Below are positions 27,953-37,115 of a stretch of DNA of 64,000 nucleotides, in pieces; positions within the stretch are counted from its first letter, which is position 1, and the number at the start of each line of letters is the position of its first letter. The notes beneath the pieces are model-generated. The model worked only from the letters and a program-made list of their open reading frames with translations. It was not told where the DNA came from and did no database searches. Source of the stretch: a virus; IMG/VR virus record IMGVR_UViG_3300024978_000002; one strand, 5' to 3'. The position numbers were made by a program, and so were the translations under genes.

Positions 27953-28501
27953 GTGATGACTGAAGAAGTCAGTAAATTAATCGAAACCACCCCCACGATT
28001 CGGTTCTTCGGACTGATCAAGAAAGGGGTGGCGCCGGAAGCAGCCAGTCAACAAGTGTTTGGGAAACTCGATCAAGAGCTCTTAAAGCTCTCTCACGATC
28101 TGATGACGCTACCACCGTTTTCGCCACGTTCGTTTCAGGAGCGGATGGAAGACATCGTCGAGAATCACATGGAAACCACCCTTGACTTCTTGACCGACCT
28201 CGGGGCGGAAGTGGAACGCGAAGCGGAAAAGCAGAACCAACTCACTCAGTTCCTAGGTGTGTCGTTACGCGGCGTCCTACCTTACGCGGAAGATGCGGTG
28301 CTTGCTCTGCGTGAGAACTACGCGCGCGATGGTGAAGAAGGTTCCAAAGACGAAGTGCGGAAAGGCCACCAATCCGTGACTCGGGCGCAGGCGGCTTTGA
28401 ATCATCTGGAAACCACCCCGCTAGCCATCAAGAACATGGACGACGATATCTTCGACGATGCGTTCGAAATCGTGTTTGATGATGAAGCGGAAGACGAGTA
28501 A
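27953..28501 (+). CDS. Hypothetical acidic protein
   Basis: 182 aa, GAGG RBS, acidic C-terminus. Confidence 0.65.
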   Translation: MMTEEVSKLIETTPTIRFFGLIKKGVAPEAASQQVFGKLDQELLKLSHDLMTLPPFSPRSFQERMEDIVENHMETTLDFLTDLGAEVEREAEKQNQLTQFLGVSLRGVLPYAEDAVLALRENYARDGEEGSKDEVRKGHQSVTRAQAALNHLETTPLAIKNMDDDIFDDAFEIVFDDEAEDE

Positions 28502-28553
28502 GCGTGTTTTCTAACACGCCTGTTCAATCCTGTAATGAAGATGAGGACACGAA

Positions 28554-29174
28554 ATGGCTCTTCTAATCGACGGCGATGCCATGTCGTTCCGTGCAGCAGC
28601 TTACGGCCGCCCCCGTGAGGAAACCATCCGTTTTCTCCAGCAGCAATTCGATCATCCCAGCCCTGTACTGGCGGGTGCTTCCCAGTCGTTTTTCGAGCGC
28701 GCTACACACCTGTTCGAAGAGAACTACGGTGAAACAGCGATGGCAAGGATCGAAGCCGTACGGCGTAGTATGCGTCATACCTGGGACGAGGATGTCATCC
28801 GCCCGTTACTTTCGGTGGAGGACTTCCAGCAAGCCAAACCACAGATGCAACGTTGGGTGATGGCTAATCCGTTCGTTCGGAAGTTGTATAAAGAAGGCCG
28901 AGTCTTTGGCTACGGTGATCAATACGTCGATCACAAGTCTCAAGGCGTTGGTAAAGATCATTACGACTACCGACTGGCAACAAACGGATTGGCGGTGTTC
29001 AACGACGAGAACGGGTGGGAAGCTACCACCTACGGTGATGAACTCTTGCCCGGTGATACTCAACCGACGTTCTTGGAACAAGTGGATATTTTCCAGACCT
29101 GGTGCGAGGCGGAGTATTATCTGCTCTCTGGCACGCGCGACATTACCTCACCGGAAGACAACGAGTGGGGTTGA
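28554..29174 (+). CDS. Conserved phiKZ-like protein (gp59/Imp3-like by synteny)
   Basis: 206 aa; MQRWVMANP, YGYGD-like and DHYDYR segments; core-block position. Confidence 0.6.
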   Translation: MALLIDGDAMSFRAAAYGRPREETIRFLQQQFDHPSPVLAGASQSFFERATHLFEENYGETAMARIEAVRRSMRHTWDEDVIRPLLSVEDFQQAKPQMQRWVMANPFVRKLYKEGRVFGYGDQYVDHKSQGVGKDHYDYRLATNGLAVFNDENGWEATTYGDELLPGDTQPTFLEQVDIFQTWCEAEYYLLSGTRDITSPEDNEWG

Positions 29175-29186
29175 GACAAACCCTTG

Positions 29187-29216
29187 GAGTGGGTGGGCGT
29201 TGGTGCCCACCCACTC
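29187..29216 (+). terminator. Terminator hairpin
   Basis: 12-bp stem GAGTGGGTGGGC / GCCCACCCACTC; T-rich downstream. Confidence 0.7.
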
Positions 29217-29257
29217 TACTACGTTGATGTTTTTTCTTTTCGAAAAAAGGACCTGTC

Positions 29258-29674
29258 ATGGCGACTTCTGCTGTACCGTCACTGAGTCTGGCGGGTTTTA
29301 TCACGGACATCGCTTCAGCGGTGGACCGTATGTTGGCGTATTATCTCACCAGCGAGTACTCCCAATCCAATGAATTCCCGGGGCGTGTTCTGTCGCTTCA
29401 GAAACAAATTCAAGCATATCAACACGACGACAACACGTTGCGTACCAAGGTACGAGAAGAACTCGAAGGGTACTTTGCGTCGATCTCCGATGCTTCGACC
29501 ATTGATGTCTCGACCGATCGACCCAACCCCGATGATCCCAATCGAATTAACCTGACAGTTTCGGCAACAATCGTCAAAGACGGACAGTCCTACAGTGTTG
29601 GTAAGTTGATCGAAACTCGTAACTCTATCACTTTGAACATTTTCAACCTGAATAACCAAGGAACTGCCGCATGA
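29258..29674 (+). CDS. Conserved phiKZ-like protein, possibly baseplate-wedge (gp25-like) fold
   Basis: 138 aa; YYLTSEYSQS segment; core-block position. Confidence 0.55.
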   Translation: MATSAVPSLSLAGFITDIASAVDRMLAYYLTSEYSQSNEFPGRVLSLQKQIQAYQHDDNTLRTKVREELEGYFASISDASTIDVSTDRPNPDDPNRINLTVSATIVKDGQSYSVGKLIETRNSITLNIFNLNNQGTAA

Positions 29675-30315
29675 TCCCTGATACGTCTCTCCCTGCTGCT
29701 AACGATGCTCGTGATTCATCGCAACCGACCACCTCATCTGAACTGCCTCCGACTCCGGAGAACGCCCAGAAGCGCTTGATCGAGTTCATGGGGAAAGTGC
29801 TGAGTGATGTTGGTCGTTTGGACCAGAGTGTGCAGTATTTGGCCTCGGCTCATAACGGACTGTCGGGTGATCTGAAGGATCATCTGGATTACCTACAGCA
29901 GTGTATCGCTGAGTTGTATCACCACAACGAATTGGACATGCCTAAGCGGATGCCGAAACTCCTGGATGCCAAAGTCTCCGTGTTGGGACTGAATGGAGAG
30001 ACCCCAGTCGATGAAGACGTACCGATGTGGGTGGCGCTCTCGGAACGCAAACACCCCGTGTTTGGTTTTGTCCAGATTCTCTTGAAAGGAGAGAACGGAG
30101 AAGAGAACAAACTCTTGGGACTCCAGCAACTTCAACCCATCTTGGGATCACGTCTGGCAGAAGCCTTGGACGCAGCGCGTACTCAAGAAGGTTTCCAGTA
30201 CGACGAGTTCTACCCGGTGACGGTGAGTTTCATCCATGCCGAACCTATCGGTCCGGAAAGTCGTCCGTACCAGCAGGGCGAACCCACTCCGACGCAGGAA
30301 CCCACCGATGAGTGA
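29671..30315 (+). CDS. Hypothetical protein
   Basis: 214 aa, ATGA-coupled. Confidence 0.6.
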   Translation: MIPDTSLPAANDARDSSQPTTSSELPPTPENAQKRLIEFMGKVLSDVGRLDQSVQYLASAHNGLSGDLKDHLDYLQQCIAELYHHNELDMPKRMPKLLDAKVSVLGLNGETPVDEDVPMWVALSERKHPVFGFVQILLKGENGEENKLLGLQQLQPILGSRLAEALDAARTQEGFQYDEFYPVTVSFIHAEPIGPESRPYQQGEPTPTQEPTDE

Positions 30316-30895
30316 TCAGGAATTCGATCCCGCGCTGCGCCCTCCCACACCCACACCCGATGACGTCGCGGAAGCCTTCAAAGTGTTGGCCGAGGCTACG
30401 CAAAACGACGTCCCTCGTCTGACCGAACAAGAGTTCGTTGATCACTTGCTTCCGATGCTCGCGGCACCACCGGGTACCAAAGTAGACCTGACACGTTGGT
30501 TGGCGATAGCGGGAACACCCTTGCGTTGTATCGACGTCACGGACTTAACCACCGGTGAAGTGCTTTTTCGCCTACCTCCGCTGATGCGCTCGCTCCCTAC
30601 GGTGTTCCAGCAGGAAGTGGATTTCTCCAAAATTGTCGTGCAAGCGCAACTACGAGAAAACGTTCACCCTGCTCAAGCGGAACAGTATTTACGCGACGAA
30701 CTGGCTAAAGCCCGTACCGGCGCTACTTTTCTGGACGTGGAATCTGCTAAGCGTTGGAATGTCATTCGTGCCCGTTACGGCCTACCTTTACTTTTGATCA
30801 AAGACGAACACGGTAATGTTCTGGACGCCCCCACGGCAACGAATGGAATCGTCGAAAGTAAGTTGTCGATCACCGACGATCAAGACGATTTCTAG
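30308..30895 (+). CDS. Conserved phiKZ-like hypothetical protein
   Basis: ATG 30308 in ORF 30236-30895; WLAIAGTP and VLFRLPPL segments. Confidence 0.65.
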   Translation: MSDQEFDPALRPPTPTPDDVAEAFKVLAEATQNDVPRLTEQEFVDHLLPMLAAPPGTKVDLTRWLAIAGTPLRCIDVTDLTTGEVLFRLPPLMRSLPTVFQQEVDFSKIVVQAQLRENVHPAQAEQYLRDELAKARTGATFLDVESAKRWNVIRARYGLPLLLIKDEHGNVLDAPTATNGIVESKLSITDDQDDF

Positions 30896-30901
30896 ACTGC
30901 G

Positions 30902-32017
30902 ATGAAATCGGGACTTCGAATAGCTTCAGTGTCTGACATTCATCTCGGACACTCAAAGACACCCACACTCCACATCGTGACGAATCTTGGTCGAGCCTTC
31001 CCAGACGCAGAGTCCACCCATGAGCTCGACATGATCTTGGTGGGAGGCGATCTTTTCGATCGCCTACTTTCATTAAACCAAATCGAGGTCGCGCAAATCT
31101 TAGAGTGGGCTGGACATTTCATCCCGATGTGTGAAAAACACCAAATCCACTTGGTGTTTATGGAAGGTACCCCCACCCATGACTGGGGACAGACTCGGTT
31201 GTTGGAGATCCTCAACAAGTTGGGTATGGGTGGGAAGTACTTCCACTATTTCACCGAACTCAGTATTGAACGTTTCGAGGACCTGGGTATCGACGTTCTA
31301 TTCGTTCCCGATGAATGGCGTCCGGAACCAGATGATACGTGGAAGGAAGTGTGTCACTTGCTAAAGGTCAAAGGACTCGAACAAGTGGACTTTACCGTCT
31401 TACATGGCGCTTTCGAATTCCAACTCCCGGCGCATGTCAAGGCGCCACGCCACAGTTCGGAACGTTACGAGTCCATCACTCGCCATCGAGTGTTAGGTGC
31501 CCACATCCACACCCCGTGTTCCCGCGGTAAGATTCGTGTCAATGGATCATTTGATCGTTTAGAACACGGACAAGAAGAAGAGAAAGGACACTGGCGTTTT
31601 CTAGCTAAACCTGATGGGACACTCCAAGATACGTTCGTGGTGAATCGTAAAGCCATGTCGTACGTGACAATCGACTGTACAGGACTTCCTGTAGATGAGG
31701 CGCTTAAGGTTCTGGGTGTCAAGGTAAGTAAGTTGGTCGACGGTAGTCATGTTCGTGTGAAAGCGGACAAGACCGATCCCATTCTCCAAAGTTTTGACGT
31801 ACTGCGTAAACAGTTTCCATTGATACATTGGACGTCGAAAGTGGGAGAATCCCAAACACAACAAGCGTCCTTACTGGTGGACTTACGTTCATCTTTTGTG
31901 TCAGTACAAATCACCCGAGAGAACTTGAGTGAACTTCTGTTAGCGAAAGTGAATCAATTAACACAGGATCCTCTGGTTCTGGAGCGATGTGCGAAGCGCA
32001 TTGAGGAGTTTACTTGA
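30902..32017 (+). CDS. SbcD/Mre11-like metallophosphoesterase nuclease
   Basis: SDIHLG, GGDLFD, EGTPTHD, LHG and AHIH motifs. Confidence 0.88.
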   Translation: MKSGLRIASVSDIHLGHSKTPTLHIVTNLGRAFPDAESTHELDMILVGGDLFDRLLSLNQIEVAQILEWAGHFIPMCEKHQIHLVFMEGTPTHDWGQTRLLEILNKLGMGGKYFHYFTELSIERFEDLGIDVLFVPDEWRPEPDDTWKEVCHLLKVKGLEQVDFTVLHGAFEFQLPAHVKAPRHSSERYESITRHRVLGAHIHTPCSRGKIRVNGSFDRLEHGQEEEKGHWRFLAKPDGTLQDTFVVNRKAMSYVTIDCTGLPVDEALKVLGVKVSKLVDGSHVRVKADKTDPILQSFDVLRKQFPLIHWTSKVGESQTQQASLLVDLRSSFVSVQITRENLSELLLAKVNQLTQDPLVLERCAKRIEEFT

Positions 32018-32018
32018 G

Positions 32019-32864
32019 ATGAACGCCGCTATTCAACTCGCCATCGAACAACGTGAGAAAGGCCAGGTACCGATTTCGATCGGTACCTCCTTAGCGATCG
32101 AAGCGGGTGCGGGCGTTTATCCGGATCGTCCGGAGTCCCCTGCACCGTTTTCCTTGGTTCACGAAGTTTGGTTCAATGTCCGTACGATTGTCCGTAACTT
32201 GATCGCATGCCTACCAACTGAACTACGTAATTCCTTGCTACCCGAAGATGCTTGGCCGGCCGCTCTTGAGGAACTGTCGATCATTCCTGCTGCGGTGACT
32301 GAAGCCTCTCACGGTCATTGTCGGACGGTGTTTTATCTGAGCGACTATAAGGGACTTCAACGACGTTTTCCCGGCGCGTTATTACGGGAACCAAAAACCG
32401 AGAAGCAGCTCTTTCAACAGCGTTTGGAGGAAGGTACACTTGAACTGTTGTTGAAGAACAATCACTCGGCTGCGATTCAGTTCTTTGATTTTGAGATCAC
32501 CGGGCAACACCCCACGGCTTTGCTGGTAACTCATCTACCGGTGGATCTTTTAGCGCGTTATCGTTTCGAACGTTTAGTGCTTTTAGAATCCCACACGGGA
32601 AAGATCAAAGGGCCCGCGGCTTGGAACACCAAGCTCACTGGCGGTAAAGATTTGACGAACATACCGTTCAACAAGTTTACGTTACAGCTCTACGGTGATA
32701 ATGGAAACATGTTTAATCCCCAACCGGCGGGACTCAGGAAAGTCATTGAATCGCTAGCTCACCGGTGGCAGTGGACGAATGCGACGACGCTGGATCGTAT
32801 TCGGGAAACCATTAAAAAGGTCGACAACGACGCCCAGCGTAGCGCCCTTGTCAAACTTCTGTAA
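32019..32864 (+). CDS. Conserved phiKZ-like protein (possible FEN/PIN-like nuclease fold)
   Basis: REKGQVPISIGTSLAIE, WFNVRTIVRN, LLESHTGKIK segments; follows the SbcD-like gene. Confidence 0.6.
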   Translation: MNAAIQLAIEQREKGQVPISIGTSLAIEAGAGVYPDRPESPAPFSLVHEVWFNVRTIVRNLIACLPTELRNSLLPEDAWPAALEELSIIPAAVTEASHGHCRTVFYLSDYKGLQRRFPGALLREPKTEKQLFQQRLEEGTLELLLKNNHSAAIQFFDFEITGQHPTALLVTHLPVDLLARYRFERLVLLESHTGKIKGPAAWNTKLTGGKDLTNIPFNKFTLQLYGDNGNMFNPQPAGLRKVIESLAHRWQWTNATTLDRIRETIKKVDNDAQRSALVKLL

Positions 32865-32919
32865 AAACTCAAGCAACTGTATAATAGCTTGAGATACCCT
32901 CCAACCAGGAACTGCGAAC

Positions 32920-33747
32920 ATGGCTGACGGTTATAACCGACCCAACAACCCCAATATCAAACCTCCGAACGTCCTGAACGAATACGCGCTGCGCCTGGCT
33001 GGTGAACCGATCAACGGAGCACGCCGTGCTCCGCTGCTGACTGTGAACGTCAAGCGCGACGGTAAGGCCGGTCCGTGGTGTGTGTTGTTCGAAACCCGCA
33101 CGGGTGTCGAGAACGACAAGGACTACGGGAAGATCAGTTTTCTGATCGACATCCCTACGATGTTCATGATCCTCAAGTTGATCTTGAAGGCGTGTGATGC
33201 TACCGAAGCAACCTTCGACCGCATCGAGATTCACAATCGTCGATTCATGCGTAGCCAAAACGCATGGTCCAAAGAACCCATGCTTGACGGTACGATCGCT
33301 GTTGGTCGTACGGCCTCTGGTCAGATCTATATCGGTACCAAGAGCTGGGACAATGATCGCCCGAACTGCAAGTTCGTTCTGAAGCCGGTGGTCGACACCC
33401 GTCGTGCAGTGAAGTTGTTCCACAAAGACGGCCAACCATGGGAAGATGGTCAGCTTTCGCAGCTCTACGCGTGTGGTTGGGCCGAAGGTATTGGTAAGTT
33501 ACTCAGTCAACTTTACATTAATGAGTACACGCCGCTTCCGCCACGCGAACCGGGCGCAGGTTGGGGCGGTAACCAGGGTGGCGGTGGTGGTAACAACCGT
33601 GGTAACTGGAACAACAACCAAGGCGGTAACGCTGGTGGTGGTCAAGGTGGTTGGAGTGGCCAGCAAGGCGGTGCCTCCGGTGGCGGTACCACTTCCGAAT
33701 CCAGCGGCGACGCCGGTGGTTGGAGCGACGACGATATCCCGATGTAA
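32920..33747 (+). CDS. chmC: ChmC-like nucleus-associated nucleic-acid-binding protein
   Basis: Beta-rich core plus a long G/N/Q/W low-complexity tail ending WSDDDIPM; lies directly upstream of the gp68-like and PicA-like genes. Confidence 0.65.
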   Translation: MADGYNRPNNPNIKPPNVLNEYALRLAGEPINGARRAPLLTVNVKRDGKAGPWCVLFETRTGVENDKDYGKISFLIDIPTMFMILKLILKACDATEATFDRIEIHNRRFMRSQNAWSKEPMLDGTIAVGRTASGQIYIGTKSWDNDRPNCKFVLKPVVDTRRAVKLFHKDGQPWEDGQLSQLYACGWAEGIGKLLSQLYINEYTPLPPREPGAGWGGNQGGGGGNNRGNWNNNQGGNAGGGQGGWSGQQGGASGGGTTSESSGDAGGWSDDDIPM

Positions 33748-33760
33748 ATCGGAGACTACG

Positions 33761-33786
33761 GGAGGCCCCTTAAGGGGCCTCCTTTA
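33761..33786 (+). terminator. Terminator hairpin
   Basis: 10-bp stem GGAGGCCCCT / AGGGGCCTCC. Confidence 0.7.
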
Positions 33787-34053
33787 GCCCCTTAAACAAC
33801 CCTTCTTTCGAAAGCCTAATGATATCTAGGCCAAAAGGAATCCGTATGAATCTAATGTTCCGGCAGTTTGAAAATGCACACTGACACCAACCCCCTCACC
33901 CCATGGCGCTGATGCACATGGGGTGAGGAGGCGGCGCTTGTCGCCACGTAGGAGTTGTGAGCTGTCCGCTCGATACAAACCGGATTCAAAAACATACTAT
34001 TGCTTTAGACAGGTCCGCTCATAAACCTGTACAATAAAAATCGGAGTATCACC

Positions 34054-35622
34054 ATGCGTATCAAAGCCTCCTCGTCAGACGGTGCGGGACTGTACACGAT
34101 CGCTCTGGAGCACCTCGGACAGATCAGTACGTGGGATGTCTCCAGTACTTACGCTCGCACCCAAAGTCGTAATGACGATGAGATCAATACCGAAACGTTG
34201 TTCGGGGAAATCAATGGGTATTGGGCGTCGTTGTCGGCAGAACGTCAGCAAGGTATCTGGGACGTCTACGAAGAGATTCGCAAGACGTTGGATGAAGATC
34301 GGCGGTTGGTGTCGGCAACCACCACGCTGCGGCGCCAAGTCGCCGCGTTGTACAACTACATGCCGTTGTCGGAGATCTCCCACTACGTCAAGTTCTACGT
34401 GAACATTGACTACCCCTCCAGCGTGAAAGACACGTTGGATCCAGAAGCGGGAAATGACCGGGCCAAGCGTACGTATCTCCAGCCAGACTATTTCGGTCTG
34501 TCGGTATTGGCCGTGGCCTTACGACCAATGATTCCGATCTGGGGCCAGTTCGTGGAAATGGCACATAACGAACTGGGAAACAATTACAAGGAATACCAAG
34601 CCTTTGGTTTGTTGTACAGTACTCACCTGATGCAGTCCCCGGAACTGGATCGCTTGCGGGAGTTCATCGAAGACTCCATCAAGACACGTACCAGTGGTGA
34701 CAAGACCTTTACACCGGTGTTGTCTGGACTAGGGACGCTTCAGTTACCGTATTGGCTGCTGGCCATGACGTGTGTGCGCCGACTGGCGCCCGCCACGGTA
34801 ACCGGTTCGGGTGAGCAAGTGAACCTGATTGCCAAGGTCCACTATTACGTCGACTCCAAAATGAAATCGCTGGACCGAGACTTCGGTCGAAAGTTCGGCG
34901 GTAAGGTGACCGAGAAAAAGAAAAAGGAGGCTGCCGAAGACAACAAGGAAGCCGTCACCGGGATGTACAAACTCAAACCTGATATCTCCGATGGCGATAT
35001 CACGGTGTTGAATGTTTACCCCTTGGACTCCTACCGACTGGCGACAGTCACGGGTGCTGATGTCGACCCGGAGATCCTGAACGAGTGTCTGAAGCTCGTG
35101 AAAACACTGGATCAGATGGACACTGCCCCACATCAAATGTGGTTGGTGAAATGGGTCATGCATGGCATCATCCCACCCAAAGGTGTGGATCTGCTTACGA
35201 TTGATCCGTTCTTGAATTGTTTGGCTGTGACCCAAGCTCTGCTCTGGCAGAAAGGGTTCTACGATCTGGCAGCTATTGTCACCTCGGAAGAACAAATCAG
35301 CGACGACATCGTGATTGGCGCTACGGAAAGCCGCCTGAGAATCCCCAAGGAGAATCTCCAGCGTCTCCAAGAGCAATATCCCTACGCTCCACCGGTCAAA
35401 CGTAATTCGACGGTCCGCCAATCGAACATCGCGGCCCGAGCTATTGACCGACTGGCTGAAATTCTGACCAAGAACGATTGGGTTTTGAGGGCACCGCCTG
35501 CCCTGTTGGACAAAACCAGTCGTATCGGACGCTCGCGTACATTGAGTGCGCCAGCCGATGTCAAGATTCAGCTTTGTGAACTTCTCGAAACCCTCCAACA
35601 GAAGAGCACTCCCGCCCTATGA
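34054..35622 (+). CDS. nvRNAP sigma-like fifth subunit (phiKZ gp68-like)
   Basis: 522-aa helical protein at the conserved position two genes before the nvRNAP beta cluster. Confidence 0.7.
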   Translation: MRIKASSSDGAGLYTIALEHLGQISTWDVSSTYARTQSRNDDEINTETLFGEINGYWASLSAERQQGIWDVYEEIRKTLDEDRRLVSATTTLRRQVAALYNYMPLSEISHYVKFYVNIDYPSSVKDTLDPEAGNDRAKRTYLQPDYFGLSVLAVALRPMIPIWGQFVEMAHNELGNNYKEYQAFGLLYSTHLMQSPELDRLREFIEDSIKTRTSGDKTFTPVLSGLGTLQLPYWLLAMTCVRRLAPATVTGSGEQVNLIAKVHYYVDSKMKSLDRDFGRKFGGKVTEKKKKEAAEDNKEAVTGMYKLKPDISDGDITVLNVYPLDSYRLATVTGADVDPEILNECLKLVKTLDQMDTAPHQMWLVKWVMHGIIPPKGVDLLTIDPFLNCLAVTQALLWQKGFYDLAAIVTSEEQISDDIVIGATESRLRIPKENLQRLQEQYPYAPPVKRNSTVRQSNIAARAIDRLAEILTKNDWVLRAPPALLDKTSRIGRSRTLSAPADVKIQLCELLETLQQKSTPAL

Positions 35623-37115
35623 ATATCACCAAGCTCCTCATGTTCCAAGTAGGGACCTACAATGACGTGTTCCAGCGTCCCTATCAGTCCTACGTGGATG
35701 GCGACAGCCTGCTGCAGTTGCAGGAAGCCACGCACGGCGGTAAGAACCTCACTCCCGGGGCTCTAGGTGGCATCGGTTCGGACATCATGCGCCTGACGTC
35801 CACCGTCAGCGGCAGCGTGCCGATTGACAACGGGTTCGACACGACCCGTATCTGTTTCATGATGGAAGTCGAGTTCCCTGGTACGGGTGGAATCCAGCAG
35901 GTCGAATGGTTGATGGGATATACCGACTACTGTGGTGTGTCAGCAGCCTTCGGAGACACCAGTGTTCATTTCGACCCGAACATGCGACTGTACTTCAACA
36001 ACATCTTGCGTGGTCGGCGAATGATGTCGAATAATGCCTTCGGTCGGGGATATCGGACATCCACTGGCGGAGCATTCCAGTTGATCAATGCGGATTACAA
36101 GCCGTCGATCACCAACCTCCACCAGATGCCACACCTGATGCGTCCTCAGGACGTCTTCACGTCTATGAGTATGGCCGACACCCGGCAGCTGTTGGGTGAT
36201 GAAGAAGTCATCGACGTACGGGCTACCCATGGTCCAGAACGCATTGCCGTCTCCCATCGCGGTAACACCATTCCGGGTAACTACCTGTCTCGGATGCTGA
36301 CGGCTTGGCAAGCCCAGACGGCCAGCGATGACGTGGATCCATCCAGCTTGAACTCGAATATCGCTGCGATCGTGGCAGAACCTACGATCTCTCGGATGCG
36401 TTCGTTGAATCAACTCGCTGTGTGTTCGGAGCTGCGGCAGGGCGGTTCAGTAACCTGGAGGGAACTGGTGGATGCGGACGATACCCACACGCTGGAAGAT
36501 CGCGCCGTCGTGATCCTGGCTCAGTCCGATCGCACGCGTTCGAAGCTCGCTCATCGAGGCGACATGCAGGTGTGGAACGGTAACAGTAACACCACACTGA
36601 TTGCTGCGGAGTTCGTCCAGGCCGTTCCGGGGTTGATGATGAATCTCCTCCTGACGGAACTGGACTTCTCTGTCACCAACAAAACGCTCGATGGGAGCTG
36701 GGAGGTACTGTTCACCGGCGTTCAGTCGTTTAACGACGGCGACAATATTGACCAGACCAACGCGTTCCGCCATCGACTGATCACCGAGTTGATGCCGGGA
36801 CTGTCGCGCGGTAATCTGATTCCGATGGAGATCCACGCCAGCTTCAACGTCATGGCGCAGACGTTCGTGGAGATCGACATCAGCGACGGGGAAGGTTTTG
36901 TCCCGTACATGACGCCGAGCTTCTGCGACGGTTTGTTTGCCCCGGTGCGTGCGCCGGATGCGCGGACATTGGATCGCTTTGCCGACAACCTCTCGCGTTT
37001 GACCGCCAACCTCGAACAAGACTACTCGGCCGGTGGGTTCGGCTACGAGCCGCAGGACCCGCAGTTCACTACTCACAAACAAGGGTTTAACCATGAAGAT
37101 TCTGGATCTCTATAA
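35619..37115 (+). CDS. picA: PicA/Imp1-like nuclear import factor (phiKZ gp69-like)
   Basis: 498 aa, immediately after the gp68-like gene; GTYND..RPY N-terminus and PSFCDGLFAPV C-terminus. Confidence 0.65.
   Translation: MNITKLLMFQVGTYNDVFQRPYQSYVDGDSLLQLQEATHGGKNLTPGALGGIGSDIMRLTSTVSGSVPIDNGFDTTRICFMMEVEFPGTGGIQQVEWLMGYTDYCGVSAAFGDTSVHFDPNMRLYFNNILRGRRMMSNNAFGRGYRTSTGGAFQLINADYKPSITNLHQMPHLMRPQDVFTSMSMADTRQLLGDEEVIDVRATHGPERIAVSHRGNTIPGNYLSRMLTAWQAQTASDDVDPSSLNSNIAAIVAEPTISRMRSLNQLAVCSELRQGGSVTWRELVDADDTHTLEDRAVVILAQSDRTRSKLAHRGDMQVWNGNSNTTLIAAEFVQAVPGLMMNLLLTELDFSVTNKTLDGSWEVLFTGVQSFNDGDNIDQTNAFRHRLITELMPGLSRGNLIPMEIHASFNVMAQTFVEIDISDGEGFVPYMTPSFCDGLFAPVRAPDARTLDRFADNLSRLTANLEQDYSAGGFGYEPQDPQFTTHKQGFNHEDSGSL

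Noticed and set aside
33846-33924. Tiny ORFs and an 11-bp hairpin between chmC and the gp68-like gene
   Set aside because: ORFs are only 7-12 codons with no support; the hairpin alone is not distinctive.
34744-37094. Long antisense ORFs (34744-35598, 36447-37094) and similar ones at 43825-44607 and 32869-33435
   Set aside because: They lie entirely opposite well-supported genes and have shadow-type composition.
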